A stretch of 64,000 nucleotides of DNA from the human T2T-CHM13v2.0 reference genome, Homo sapiens. The notes under the pieces were generated by a model that was not told where the DNA came from, did not search any database, and saw only the letters and a program-made list of their open reading frames with translations. Below, one piece after another: positions 39,718-54,598 of this stretch. How positions within the stretch are numbered: the stretch's first letter is position 1; each line of letters starts with the position of its first letter. Position numbers and translations under genes: made by a program. Location: assembly GCF_009914755.1 (NCBI RefSeq), contig NC_060946.1; one strand, given 5' to 3'.

Positions 39718-40205
39718 TGTTTTCAACTTTTTATTTTGAAGTAATTATAGATTCACAGGAGGTTGCATAGGAGGTTGTCTAGGGAGGTCCTGGGTACCCT
39801 TGCCCCAGCCTCCCCCAATGTTAACACCTTATACACTACAGCACAGCATCAGGACGCAGAAATTGACATTGGTACAGTCTACAGAACATACTCAGTTTCC
39901 CCAGTTACATCTGTACTCCTTTGTGTACCTAACTCTACACAATTTTAACTTCATGTATAGCCCTGTGTAACCACCAGTCAGGCTGACAGATGGTTTTCAA
40001 CACCACAGGACTCCCTCGTATGAACCACCCCCTCACCATCCCTAACCTAAACCCCTGGTAACCTTTAATCTGTTTTCCATCTCTATAATTACATTATTTC
40101 ACCAATGTTACATAAATGGAATCCTGCTACATGTATGTTTTCAAGATTGGCTGTTTTTGCTCTGAAGAATTTCCTTGAGTTTCATCTGAGTTGCTGTGTG
40201 TACAG
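39718..40205 (-). mobile_element. L1MC-type 3' end; a related element lies at ~55803-56310 in UFD1 intron 7
   Basis: tttattttgaagtaattatagattcacaggaggttgca signature. Confidence 0.75.
39730..39735 (-). terminator. C22orf39: Candidate distal polyA signal (AATAAA) of the C22orf39 long 3'UTR
   Basis: TTTATT on the plus strand, at the 3' end of a minus-strand old L1. Confidence 0.55.
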
Positions 40206-40350
40206 CAGTTACTGAAAATGGCACTATATCACATACAGTACGGATACATATTGTTTTGTATTTCAACAATAATATGCTATATATAACAGTCTATGCCAGA
40301 TAATAATGTAAAATACTTATTATTAATATGGGGTTTTATCCAAAACATTT

Positions 40351-41741
<1,391 letters not shown>

Positions 41742-43094
41742 TAGCAGTCTTCCTCTCTTCCCTCACTGGGTGGAAATGTTCATTATTAAACCAGCCACAG
41801 CCATGCTGGAGGCACCCTGGTTGCCTTAGACACATCAGTACTCCCCTGATGATGGGGGAACGCTGGCTCCTCTTTAGATGCTCCTGCTCTTGGGATCCCG
41901 TGAGCACAACCCCCACCCCCACCCCCACTGTTCACAGACACAGGGGCTCTTAGGGAGCACAGGAGAAAACACACTCAAGCAGGGAAATACTGTTCTTTAA
42001 TGGACACCCTTCTAACGTGATAGATTATTCTGCCCCAAAGAACAAATTAAAAGATATTCAACTTGCTGCCTGTGTCCAGGAAGAGAGCAGGGAGGGTGCT
42101 GGGCACAGACCCAGCCTAGCCCTCAGCATCACACAACAGGGCCACCATAGGATGAGAAACCATTCTATTAGTAATAAACAGACCTCTTCAAGAAATAGTG
42201 TTTTTGGTGGTTCATACATTTTAAAACACTTAACAAGAGAATAAGCATACAAATTTCTAATACTGTCCAGGTACAACACTGTTACACACAAAATCTAACA
42301 AGTGTGAACTTAATTTTCAGCTTCTATTTGAAATCAGATGAAATGGCTTTTGATACATTAACCACCAGGGGAAATTTTGAGGGAAGGAGTGCTTAATTCC
42401 ATATGTCTTGGACTTGGATTTCTTCAGCTGAGTCCACAAACCCTCTTTATGCAAGGTTGTGTGTTCTGTAGCTGTGTGCATTTCTTAAAAACCAGAGTCT
42501 CCAGGGGCCGACCTGGGAGCCTAAGAAGTGAAGCCTGCTGGTGCAGAGGGGCCAGCAAGCCCTACCTGCTCGGCACACCTGCCTGCATGTGCAGTGGAAC
42601 TGAGCGAGTGGAGCAGAGTGTGAGCACTCACAATGCTCACCAAACCTGGGACGTGGCAGGCAGTTTCCCAAGGACTAGGAAAGACATTCACAGTGGCACA
42701 ACCGTTTAGCTACCTCATTATGACCCACCTGTGTGTCCACACAGGTCAGGGCTACCCTTCAGTTTACCTGAGAAGCCTAGACCTCAGGACCACCATCTCC
42801 TATGCTACCATGCCCAGCCTGACCTGGCTGCTCACAAGTACCTGCCATAATGCTTGGCCTCCTGGAAGCTCTAAAGCGGTGCAATTGTCCTGCAGAACAT
42901 CGCAGTGTCAGGGTATCCTGCATGCAGGTGAGGGGTGGGCAAGTAGGGCTAGCAATGTCCTGCTCCATGTTCCTGTGAGCAAGAGCTCACAGGGACCCAC
43001 CAGACTGTGTAGGCTGGTCACAGTCCCCAGGGCTGTGCAACAGCAACTTGAAACAGACTGAGGAAGCTGCACAGGCCAATGGCAGGGATGCTTG

Positions 43095-43220
43095 TCACTC
43101 GTCCTTCTCCTGTGGCAGAGGGAGATGCCAGTCTGGAGGGGGGCTCTGCCTCGGGGCCCACACCAGGATGTGCTTCCGTGCAGCCCGGACTCGTGCCCGC
43201 TCGCTCTCACAGAGGGATTG
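43095..43220 (-). CDS. C22orf39: C22orf39 last coding exon (QSLCESERARVRAARKHILVWAPRQSPPPDWHLPLPQEKDE*); total 105 aa (UPF0545/PANTS)
   Basis: CAG acceptor at 43221-43223, 126 nt to TGA; 8+56+41 = 105 aa. Confidence 0.93.
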   Translation of the reverse strand, partial: QSLCESERARVRAARKHILVWAPRQSPPPDWHLPLPQEKDE

Positions 43221-44394
43221 CTGTGCAAATGAGACTCTAGTCACTCCCCAGGCTCTGAGCACCCTCAAGACCCCTGTACCTCCCCCCTCTCATCACCCTC
43301 TGAAACACAGATGGACAGGCAGGGCCTATGGTACACACCACTCTGCAGCACAGCTGCTTCCACCTACTATACCTTGGCGATTCTTCCATATTAGCGCACA
43401 GAGATGGAGATCATTTTTTTTCTCACAAGCTACTGTGAAAAACTACTGAATAGGTCATAATAATTTGAGGAATTTTTAAATATCTTCTCCTGGACCTCAG
43501 GGCTCAATGGCTCTGGTTGACCTCGTGAGTCTGGGGCATATTCACCTGCTGAGAGTGAGCCTGGGGGTGCTGGGTGGAGAGGAGAGAAGAGTCTGAGAGA
43601 GCAGCTGTGGGGAGCTGCAGGGAGGAGTGTGTTAGGGAGAAGGGAGGAAGACGGGGAAGAAATACATGTCCTGGGTATCCTGGAAGGGTGGGAAGAGTCC
43701 AGAGGACAGACCACCCGCCTGAGTGGTGCCACAAGTGCCACTTAACCCATCAGCTTCTCTTGACTACTGTCTCCCAATACAGACACAAGTCAGTGTATCA
43801 CAACATGGGTGACCTTTGCTGTCAGCCCTTGGTAGGTATCAGGTGCTATGTGAGCCTCTTTACACAGATAACTTAATCTGTCTACATGTCTGTCTTTGTT
43901 CAAGCTCTATTGCCTCAAATAAAATATTTTGATCGTGTTTAAAAAGCTATCAGAAATGTAGTACAGAATATTAAAGATTCCCAAATGTCCATTCCCAATG
44001 CGGCAGTTAACAGCTTCCCTGATATCTTTTTTTGGTCCACATTTTAGAGCTAACATGTTTCCCTAAAGATAGGATAATCTTTTGCTGGCTAGTCTACTTC
44101 CTGCTTTCTTTTCACTAAACAATACACTGTAGGCACTTTTCCATACCCAGGGAGATGACCGACCATTCTTTTCAAAGGCTATCTGGTATTTCACTTTGTG
44201 GAAAAAGCTATTTGGTCAAATGTCTATTAGTGAAATTTAGGTTGTTTTCAGCTTTTGCAGTATCAAAAACATAATTAGCATTCTAACTTTTAACTGTACA
44301 CTGTTATCCAATTACTTCCCTGGGATAAAGTTCCAGAAGTAAAACTTAAGGTCAAAAGGTATGTATCTGACATTTACATAATCAGAACACCTGA

Positions 44395-45704
<1,310 letters not shown>

Positions 45705-46205
45705 TGATCTTTTAAAGATATAAATCGAATTATGCCTCCCAGCACACTTTAGACTAAACTCTAAACTCCGTATCAAAAGGCCCGCCAGGTCCCTGGTATA
45801 CCGCTCTCCAACCATCCACCTACCCTCTGCTTCAGGAACCCAGGCCTTATCTGTTTCTCAGCGGTGTCTACCGGGGCTGGATGAAGGCTGGCTCCTGGTC
45901 ACTCAGGACTCAGCAACATCACCTCCTGCGTAGGCCAGCTGATGACCCTAACACCGGACGGCTGCCCTCTTCCCTCTCTAAACCACTCTACACCCTCCTC
46001 GCTGGTCTCCTCCTTTGTCTTTCACGCCCTCTGAAAGTCCTGTTGATATGCTAATTTACACAATCTCTCAAAAGAAAGGAAGCGTGAGGAGGATAGGGAC
46101 CCCGTCAGTCCCCGGCTAGGTCGCGGGGCATGGGGCGTGGAGGGGTGGGGAAAGCTGGGCCCCGCAAGGCGCTCCGAAGCGCCGCCCCGCTCCCTCCCGG
46201 CGCAC

Positions 46206-46373
46206 CTGGGCCTCGGCGTTCCGGCGCTCCTCCCAGTCGCGGCAGCTGGCCAGGTCGCGCTGCCACTGTTCGCAGGCCGGCCGCTCGCCGTGGACGTAGT
46301 AGTGGTGTAGGAAGTGCCTGGCGCTGCGGCAGAGCTTCCACTCGGCGCGGTAGGCCTCGCAGGGGCGCGGCGG
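46206..46373 (-). CDS. C22orf39: C22orf39 coding exon 2 (PPRPCEAYRAEWKLC...WEERRNAEAQ)
   Basis: 168 nt, CAG acceptor after a 119-nt GC-rich intron, GTGCGC donor. Inside ORF 46116..46538. Confidence 0.95.
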
Positions 46374-46492
46374 CTGCGGCGAGAGGCGGCGCCTGAGCGG
46401 GGCCCGGCGGCCGCGCCCTACGCCCCGAGCCAGTCCCGTTCCCTCCCTCCGGAAGACCCCGGTGGTTCCCGGCTCCGACCCAGCACACTCAC

Positions 46493-46516
46493 CTGCCAGC
46501 CGCTGCCGTCCGCCAT
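46493..46516 (-). CDS. C22orf39: C22orf39 coding exon 1 (MADGSGWQ); an in-frame ATG at 46627 would add 37 aa
   Basis: gacATGG strong Kozak context, GTGAGT donor, 24 nt, phase 0. ORF 46418..46627 shows the extension. Confidence 0.93.
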
Positions 46517-46719
46517 GTCTGGGCGACCGGCGCGCCAAGCCCGCCCCTCAGTCCGCCAGCCAATGAAAAATGAAGAAAACGGCACCTCGTGATCGACTGA
46601 CAGAAGAACTAATGAGCACCGACACATTCAATCACGTCTTCGCCCCCTTCTTCGAGAAGCGCCGACAAACAGGACGAGCAACCAATAGCAACCGAGGGCG
46701 GCTGCGGCGCGCGCGGAGG

Positions 46720-48935
46720 GCCGGGGTCGCAGGGTAAATCCGGGGCGAGACCTGGCGCGAAGCCTACGCGACCACCGCGACGACAGCGCCATTCACCCCG
46801 GGCCAGGCGGGCATCCTGGGCCGCGCAGCTACCTTACGTCAGCCGCCTCTCAAATCACACGGCTCTGGCCAGTTCTTTTCAGCAGCTTTATGAGATTTTC
46901 TCAAATCTCAACAATCCGGTATATTTTCAAAAGTACATACTGAGCATCAAGGTGGTGCAGCGAACCTCCCAGATCTGCAGCTCCAGCAGTCTTGCTTGAG
47001 CGTCCACTCAGGATGGAGGTGAACTCGCAAAGTAACTGAGATTGGTTGGGCATGACATATGGTGGATCTAGGGTTGAATGACCTCCCCAGGGAACGCAGG
47101 CTTGAAGTGGAGGCTGAGAATGCAATCCGAGTACAGCCATAGGCCGGTCAAAGGTATGGAGGCGGTGTGTAGCAGGGGTGAGCGGGGTAGGAGTGGCTTG
47201 GATGTCTGTAGTTCTATTCTAAGGGTGCGGGAGACATGTAACATTTACCTTATTCATTTTTCGAGACAGGGTCTTGCTGTGTCACCCAGGCTTAGTGCAG
47301 TGGCGTGGCGTGTTCATGGCTTACTGCAACCTCAAACTCCTGGACTCCGAACAGCTGGGACCAAAAGCATGCACAGCCTCACCAGGCTAATTTTTAATTT
47401 TTTTTTTTTTTTTTTGTAAAGATGGGGTCTTGCTAAGTTACCCAGGCTAGTTTGGCCTCAAGCGACCCTCTCACTTTGGCCTCCCAAAGTGCTAGGATTA
47501 TAGGCGGAGCGCCAGTGCCTGGCTGGGACGTTTATAAAAAGGAGCAATGCACAAGAGGCAACAAAGGCAAGTAAAGAGGAGGCTGGTGGGCTTGCAGAAA
47601 CGCCCTGCAGTACCTATGCTGCGGTTCTCCCACTTCACTGATAACAAATCCTCAGTATCCACTGATACAAATCCTGGGACTGCTGGGCCAGTCCCAGGAA
47701 TGACACTGGGACAGACTCCCTGGAGGTGGATCAGAAAGCTGCAGTTTTACCAGGGGTCCTGCTGTTGAGGCAGCCGGCTCAAGGACCAAGCCCAAATAAG
47801 ACACTGAGAGGAAGGCTGCAGGCCAGGGTGCAGGAGTAATGACCAGGATCAGTGCTCCAACTGGCCCCACTGTGTCATTAAAAGGCTCTGCAATGGAATC
47901 CATCCTGGTCCAGGCAGGGGAGTGTGCCTCCAGCAAAGGACCAGGCGTTTCACTGCATACACAGCAGGTGTTGCTTAGTGAAGACAAAAACCCAGAGCCA
48001 GAGGTACTGTAACATTCTTCATTATGCATAAAGTGACAGTCTGTTAGCTGATGTGATCCTGCAAATGAAGGCTGTCTACCCACCAAGGGTTTCTCCCTCT
48101 GCTAGTAAAACTGAGACTTTGTCAGTGGAGGCTCAGGTAAGTCCCCACAGTGCTCATGCCTTCCAAAACCACGCCCATTTCCAGTGATGATGGTTTGTGC
48201 CACAGGCCAAGTACTGAACATCATGACACTCATAGACACTCTTCACTGAAGACGTGGATAGACCCTGGGGCCACCATTCTCTCCTCTCTGGAGTGTTGGA
48301 GGGGCCCTGACCAGGGCAGGACCCCCATGTCTGGAAGCAGGGTTAGCCCTGGCTCATGGGGGACCCTGCTGGGCTTAGCCATTGCCACCTAGGGATCAGG
48401 CAGCCTTGTTTCTTCCTACTTTCTCCAGGAGAAGCCCCAGAGGGACACTTTTCTAATGGTGAGATGGAACACGGAGCACCTGCCAACAGGCCTTCAGTTA
48501 TGGTCAGAGGCCCAACCACCAGTCTGTGTTAGTACCTAATCAAACATTTAGATTTAGGCTTTAGTTATTGCCTGTTTTTACTTGAAATTCTTGGCTTAGA
48601 ATTATTCCCAATGGGGCCAGGCACAGTGGCTCATGGGAACAAATTTAAAATAATCAGATTAGCATGTCAAAAGATCTCACGTTATAGAAAGTGAAGATCT
48701 AAGACCAAATAAATACTGATAAAAAATACAGGCCAGCAGAAGCTTGGATGATTTAATAAATTAAAATTGGGAGTTGGGGAGTAGGGAAGAAGGAGAGGAA
48801 CATCTCTTTAGCATTTGTTCATTCTAACATTCACATGTTTGCTTCTCCATGGAGTTGTTTCACTATGAACAGGTTCACTAAGGAGCCAGTTATGTCCATA
48901 TGAAATGAGAATAAAAGTGCAAACTCATTCAGATC
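46720..48935 (+). ncRNA. Probable divergent lncRNA from the C22orf39 promoter running into the UFD1 3'UTR (UFD1-AS1-like); limits approximate
   Basis: CpG island upstream, consensus donor CAG|GTAAGT at 48134-48142, AATAAA at 48755-48760 and 48910-48915, no credible ORF. I recall an antisense lncRNA annotated here. Confidence 0.4.
48752..48757 (-). terminator. UFD1: Candidate distal UFD1 polyA signal ATTAAA (a proximal AATAAA lies at 49466-49471)
   Basis: TTTAAT on the plus strand, about 740 nt past the UFD1 stop. Confidence 0.55.
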
Positions 48936-49498
48936 AGGTTCTTCTGAGTGGTGTTTTTGAAAAAAATATGTAAAATAAAAATAGAAACATTCTTTGTCAA
49001 ATACTTAAATTGCAGCCACAGTAGTGGGACAGCCACTACTTATAGAACACATGTCTATTTAAAGCCTTTTTTTTAGGCCAAAGACTGACACCTATGCAAT
49101 TGATGTAGGAAAAGAAAGGATAAATGAAGAAAAAGAAAGAACACTTCATGTTAGACAATTTAGTCACCTTCATAGGTTTTGACAGAATTAGGGATGCAGA
49201 ATTGCTCCTGCTGAGGCAGTGGGAGCTCCCCTCAAGCTGAAAGTGTGAAGACGTGAGGAGGCAGCTATCTACAGGCCCTCAGGGACAGCTCTTTGTCTTT
49301 CCCCAAATCAAGCATACAACTACAAAGTCCTGCTGCTCCACTTCCAAGTCAAACTTAATAATTCTTAGGTAACTCTAAATAAATCTTAAGTAACAGAGTA
49401 TTCTCTGATGAGGCTCGTCCCTGTCAGTGCCAGTAACTAAAAGCCAAGATGTTGCAAATGATTCTTTTATTATTTTCCAATCAGCCAACAGTCCTCAC

Positions 49499-49573
49499 TT
49501 AGGGCTTTCTTCCCTTTTTACGCAATGACTGTCCTTCTCCAGAGAAAGCGACGAATCTGCCTCCAGCTTCATC
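49499..49573 (-). CDS. UFD1: UFD1 last coding exon (DEAGGRFVAFSGEGQSLRKKGRKP*)
   Basis: TAG acceptor, 75 nt to TAA. UFD1 C-terminus. Confidence 0.97.
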   Translation of the reverse strand, partial: DEAGGRFVAFSGEGQSLRKKGRKP

Positions 49574-51334
49574 CTAGGTTTGAAGAGAAGATACTATTTT
49601 CAGAAACTCCCTGGAGGTTTACAATAAATGCCTTACTCTATGGACTCACGTACCATCCACATTACTCATAAGAAATATCTCAGGCTGGACACGATAGCTG
49701 ACACCTGTAATCCCAGCACTTTAGGAGGCCTAGGTGGGAGGATCACTTGAGCCCAGGAGTTCAAGACCAGCCTGGGCAACATAGTGAGATCCCATCTCTA
49801 CCAAAAATAGCTCAGTGTGGTATGTGCCTATGATCCCAGCTACTTGGGAGGCTGAGACGGGAGGATGGTTTGAGCCAGGGCCATAGTGAGCTATGATTGT
49901 GCCACTGCTCCAGCCTGGATGGCAGAGCAACAGAGCAAGACCCTGCCTCAAAAAAAAAAAAAAAAAAAAAAAGTCTGTAAGTTCATCACCCAAAAACATT
50001 TCAGGTCACTTTTCTGTACATGCTTAAAGAATTGTTTTCCCACTTAATTCTGAAATCTCATGCCAATAAACTTCCTGTCTAGTATACTCCCAAGGCTACA
50101 GAACTGAATTCTGTAAAAAAGAATTCCATGATGTAGGAGGGCCAGTTTTCTACCAGTGGACATTGTTGTGGTAAGCAGCTTAATGTATTTGCACACAACT
50201 CTGATTTTTTTTAGAGCTCAAATTCCTGGGTCAAAGTGTGTACACACTTTTAATGCTTTTAACATATAGAGACCAACCAGCCCTCAGAAACATTCCACTA
50301 AGCTATCCTTCCATCAGCAGAAAGAGGGATTGTTTTTTCCCAAACCTTTGAAAACTGCACATATTTTTTTTCACATGCTTTTATTGCTAGTCAGTCTGAG
50401 GCATTATCTCAACTTTTCCCTAGGAAGAAGAGGATTCTGGAATGTTCAACACACATCCCTGCACCTGGCTCTCCACTAACTGTAGCATGTTATACCTGCA
50501 ATAGAGCACTGTTTAGTATTTATGTGGTCACATTCATGTAAATTTGAGTCACAGCTGCATTTAGTCTTCCTTTGCCGCACAGCCTTCCATTCATCCTGGT
50601 GTCAATAGCTGTGTTTGGCTTCTTCCTCTATTCAATCACAGCCTGCATTGCATGGAGTTCATCTGTTTTGACAAACCTGTGTCTCCTGGGCCTTCGCCCT
50701 GCCGTACCTGGACTGGCCTTTCTCTAGGTGCCGTACATGTTAGTGGGGGCTCCTTATTTCCTGGATTCTATGACTTTCTTATTTCTACCTTATTCCTTCA
50801 TTTTAGTGAGGAACACCTCCTAGGAGCTTCCTGAGAAAAGATGCATAAGGATTATCTTCTTGTGAGTTCCTTTTTTCTAATCTCATATTTCATTGATAGG
50901 CTGGTTGGTATGTTAGTCTGCTAGGGCTGCCATATAAAATGCCAAAGATAGGGTGGCTCAAACAACAGAAATTTATTCTTCATAGTTTTGGAGGCTAGAA
51001 GTGCAGGATCAAGGTGTCAGCAGGTTTGGTTTCCTCTGACACCCTTTTCCTTGGCTTGCAGATGGCTGCCTTCTTGCTGTGTCCTCACATGGCCCTTCCT
51101 ATGTCCAAATTTCCTCTTCTTAAAAGGACACCAGATTGAATTATGGCCAACTCTAATGGTCTTATTTTAACTTAATTGCTTCTTTAAATGGCCCTATCTG
51201 AGTTACTGGGGGTTAGGGCTTCAACACAGAAACACTGGAGGGACACAATCCAGCTCATAAGAGTTGGTACAGAATTTTAGGTTGGAAAAAATTTCCCCTC
51301 AGAATTTTGAGTATATTGCTCCACTATCTTCTAG

Positions 51335-51481
<147 letters not shown>

Positions 51482-53125
51482 TAGCTGGGACTATAGGTGC
51501 GTGCCACCATGCTTGGCTAATTTTTAAAATTTTCTGTAGAGACAGGGTCTCCCTATATTGCCCAGGCTGGTCTCAAACTCCTGGGCTCAGATGATCTTCC
51601 CGCATCAGCCTCCCAAAGTGTTGGGATTACAGGTGTGAGCCATGGCGCTTGGCTGATGATGTCCTTAATGCATGGTGATACCTCTGTTCTCTCTCTAGAA
51701 GCTTTAGGATCTTTCTTTGCCTCAAAGTGGGGCTATTTTCATTCATTTTGCTGGAACTCAGTGAGCCCTTCAAATCTGCAAAATTGTGCCCATCTTTGGG
51801 GAAACTATTTCCCTGATGATTTCTGCTCCTTTGGTTTCTGTGGCTGTTCTTCCCACAAATCCTCTATTATTTAGATGCTGGAATGGAAAGCTTTCTGACT
51901 GTGGCCTTCACTTCAGAGATAGTAGTCTAGAGACCTACTGGAGTCGAGCCTCCAGCCTTCTGGGATGGGGGAGGGAGGGTAATGCAGCTCTAACTGCTTA
52001 GTAACAGAATTCTGTCTTTAGTCCCTCATTTCTAGAGGTGCCTTTTGAGAATTCCACAATCTACACAGAACTGCTTCTAGGCTTTCTATGGTCTACTAAG
52101 GTACCTGGGGCTTCCAAAGCCTTGTAGTTGCCTCCTCTTCCACTGTCTTTCTTACCTCATGACCTTTAGCCACAGCCTTAGTGGGGCTGCAGGATGGAAT
52201 AGAGCTAAATATGTCTTCAATCCCATCTTTAAACATATACTTCTTAAATACATATTTATGGTCAAACAGGCCTGCTGTGCCCACTGGCCTCCCCTGCCTT
52301 CTGTAAATTTGCAACAGTCAGGTCACAGTCAGCCTGGGGGACGTCCCATGCTAAGGTCTTAGGTCGGAGTCAGGCACTGGCTTTTAGTGAGAAAGGCAGC
52401 CTGTAGCTGGTGAAGCCTGGATGGTGCCTGAAGGAGGAGCTGGAGGGTGAGGTCTGACTGGCCACTATGTTTGCTCCTCTGAGCCTGAAAGGTCCCAATG
52501 CCCAATGCTGTTTCAACTTGAACATTGAGCCCAGAAGTGGTTGTGAGTAGGACCAGGTGTGCAAACTTCACAGTGGTCTCTGTCCCCAACCACCCCAAGT
52601 GCTAGAGAAAAGAGTTCAGTAATTGGGATGGCTCCCATGTAGCAGCTGGTCCTGAATGGGTGGCTCAGTACATCTGCCCTCTGCCCTGATCCTGGATCCT
52701 CAAGGGTCCAATCCTTTGAGAAAAGGAACCAGGAGAGCGATGGGTCTGAAGCGCTGGTGTTGTAGAAATCCTCATCACAAAGAGGTGACTGCGTTCCAGT
52801 TGCTGCCAGGCCTGGCCATATTCCCACAAAGTGCCCATGTCTACAGGATGCTCAGCCCTTGCCTTCCTCTGTCCCGCCACCACCCTGCTCAGCTAGAAGG
52901 TGCTGCCTATATTTGAAGTTCAAGGTCTCTGTTGGAAGACGAAGCCCACCCAGGGCACACAGTTCTGTGATAACAGAGCCTGGAGTCGGCTCTAGAGCAA
53001 GACAGAGCTCCTGACCCCCATGCTGCAAGTCTTCTGTTTCATACACCCCACACCAGCTCTACAGAAAAAAACAGGACACCAGGGAGCAGAGGGACCCTAG
53101 GAAAGGGAAAACATGACAGACACCC

Positions 53126-53487
53126 TCATGTGGTTTGGCTGCGTCCCCACCCAAATCTCATCTTGAATTACCACGTGTTGTGGGAGGGACCAGGTGGGAG
53201 GTAACTGAGTCGGTGGGAGGTAACTGAGTCATGAGGGCGGGTCTTTTCCGTGCTGTTATCATGATAGTGAATAAGTCTCATGAGATCTGATGGTTTTATA
53301 AGTAGGTGTTTCCCTGCACTAGCTTTTTCTCTGCCTGCTACCATCCATGTAAGATGTGACTTGCCCCCTGCCATGATTGTGAGGCCTCCCCAGCCATGTG
53401 AACTGTAAGTCCATTAAACCTCTTTCTTTTGTAAATTGCCCAGTCTCGGGTACATCTTTACCAGCAGCTTGGAAACAGACTAATGCA
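53126..53487 (+). mobile_element. THE1 (MaLR) solo LTR with 5-bp TSD
   Basis: Starts tcatgtggtttggctgcgtccccacccaaatctcatcttgaatt, ends gactaatgca; CACCC at 53121-53125 and 53488-53492. Confidence 0.92.
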
Positions 53488-53578
53488 CACCCCTACTCAG
53501 AATGCCAAGAACTTCAGTCATCACTAGCAAATAAATCTCCTCATTACCAACCAAGGAAATACAAGGAAATACACTCAC

Positions 53579-53660
53579 CTCTTCAACCTTTTTGACAAGG
53601 GGACGTGAATTTCTGATGAAAGTTATCTTACCAAGTTTAAATTCATAATTGGGAATTCCT
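53579..53660 (-). CDS. UFD1: UFD1 penultimate exon, exon 11 (GIPNYEFKLGKITFIRNSRPLVKKVEE), NPL4-binding region
   Basis: 82 nt, CAG acceptor, GTGAGT donor, phase 2-0. Confidence 0.97.
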
Positions 53661-54509
53661 CTGTAAGAAGAGACAGAGACAGAGAAATGTTATTTCCAGG
53701 AAAAAAGGACTAAAATTCATTTTTGACAGTCAAGAGGAACGCAGAAAAGATGCTGCTGCACCCCACCTGGGCCCTTTGGTGCTTCCTGGCATCCTCCCAG
53801 GAGGGAAGCAGAAAGTAACTGACTTCTTGGTTTGGTATCAATATTGGGTATAGGGCCAGGGGCTTTAGGCTCTGTACCTGTCTATGGAGAGGGGTCATCT
53901 GAAGGATTGGGAAGCCCTCACTGTCACTGTCCTGAGCTTCACAGAACCCCCTGAGGTGGCTAGACTCTCACTCCAGTATTCTGATTTCACACACACAACA
54001 GACAACTGACACACCTCAGCCCTGCCCCTGCCATCATGGCCACCAGAGGAAGGGTCTGCTGTGGGTCCCCGGACCCAGCAACAGAAGCACATCTGAGGTA
54101 GCTCCTCAGGGAACTTTCAGGGGAACTGAGATAATGTGACCTGATTAATAATTCCAAGTCACAAAACAGGAAAATAGGCAGATCACCAAATAGGGACCAG
54201 AAAGGTTTTGAGTAAGAGACAGATCTAATCAGACTCGCATCTTAGGAAAGCCAGTGGGGGCAAGAAGAGGCTGAATTGGGGGTATGGAGAGGTATGGAGA
54301 GAGGCTGGACCACAGTGGTACTGGGGGTGGCACTGTGGAAGGAGGGGCATGTTGTGCTCCACCCCACCAAGGAGAGCAGCTAAGGGTTTTAGTCCCTTGG
54401 GAGACTACTGACCCAGGCTTTGTCTCCAGAACTGGGGTGAGGCTGCCCGACCCCAGCGGGCTGGCACAGATCCTCCTCCTGTCCTGGAGGAGAGCCAGGA
54501 CAGACCTAC

Positions 54510-54598
54510 CTTTTAATATCTCCAGGCTTGATTGGGGAGGGGCTGGGCTCTACCCCTTTCTTCTTTCCATCCAGTCTATTGCCAGATCCAGAGAAAGC
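54510..54598 (-). CDS. UFD1: UFD1 exon 10 (AFSGSGNRLDGKKKGVEPSPSPIKPGDIKR), SHP box
   Basis: 89 nt, TAG acceptor, GTAGGT donor, phase 0-2. Confidence 0.97.

Larger units (their letters stand above)
46100..46860. promoter_or_regulatory. CpG-island promoter of C22orf39, likely bidirectional
   Basis: CpG-rich. CCAAT 46560-46564 and 46682-46686; CRE/ATF-like TTACGTCA 46834-46841; YY1-like ACATGGCGG over the ATG. Confidence 0.88.

Noticed and set aside
48184-48249. C/D-box snoRNA-like layout (GTGATGA...CTGA...CTGA) just after a plus-strand donor
   Set aside because: No convincing terminal stem and no rRNA/snRNA guide complementarity that I can recognise. Such boxes occur by chance at this scale; a snoscan run or small-RNA reads would be needed.
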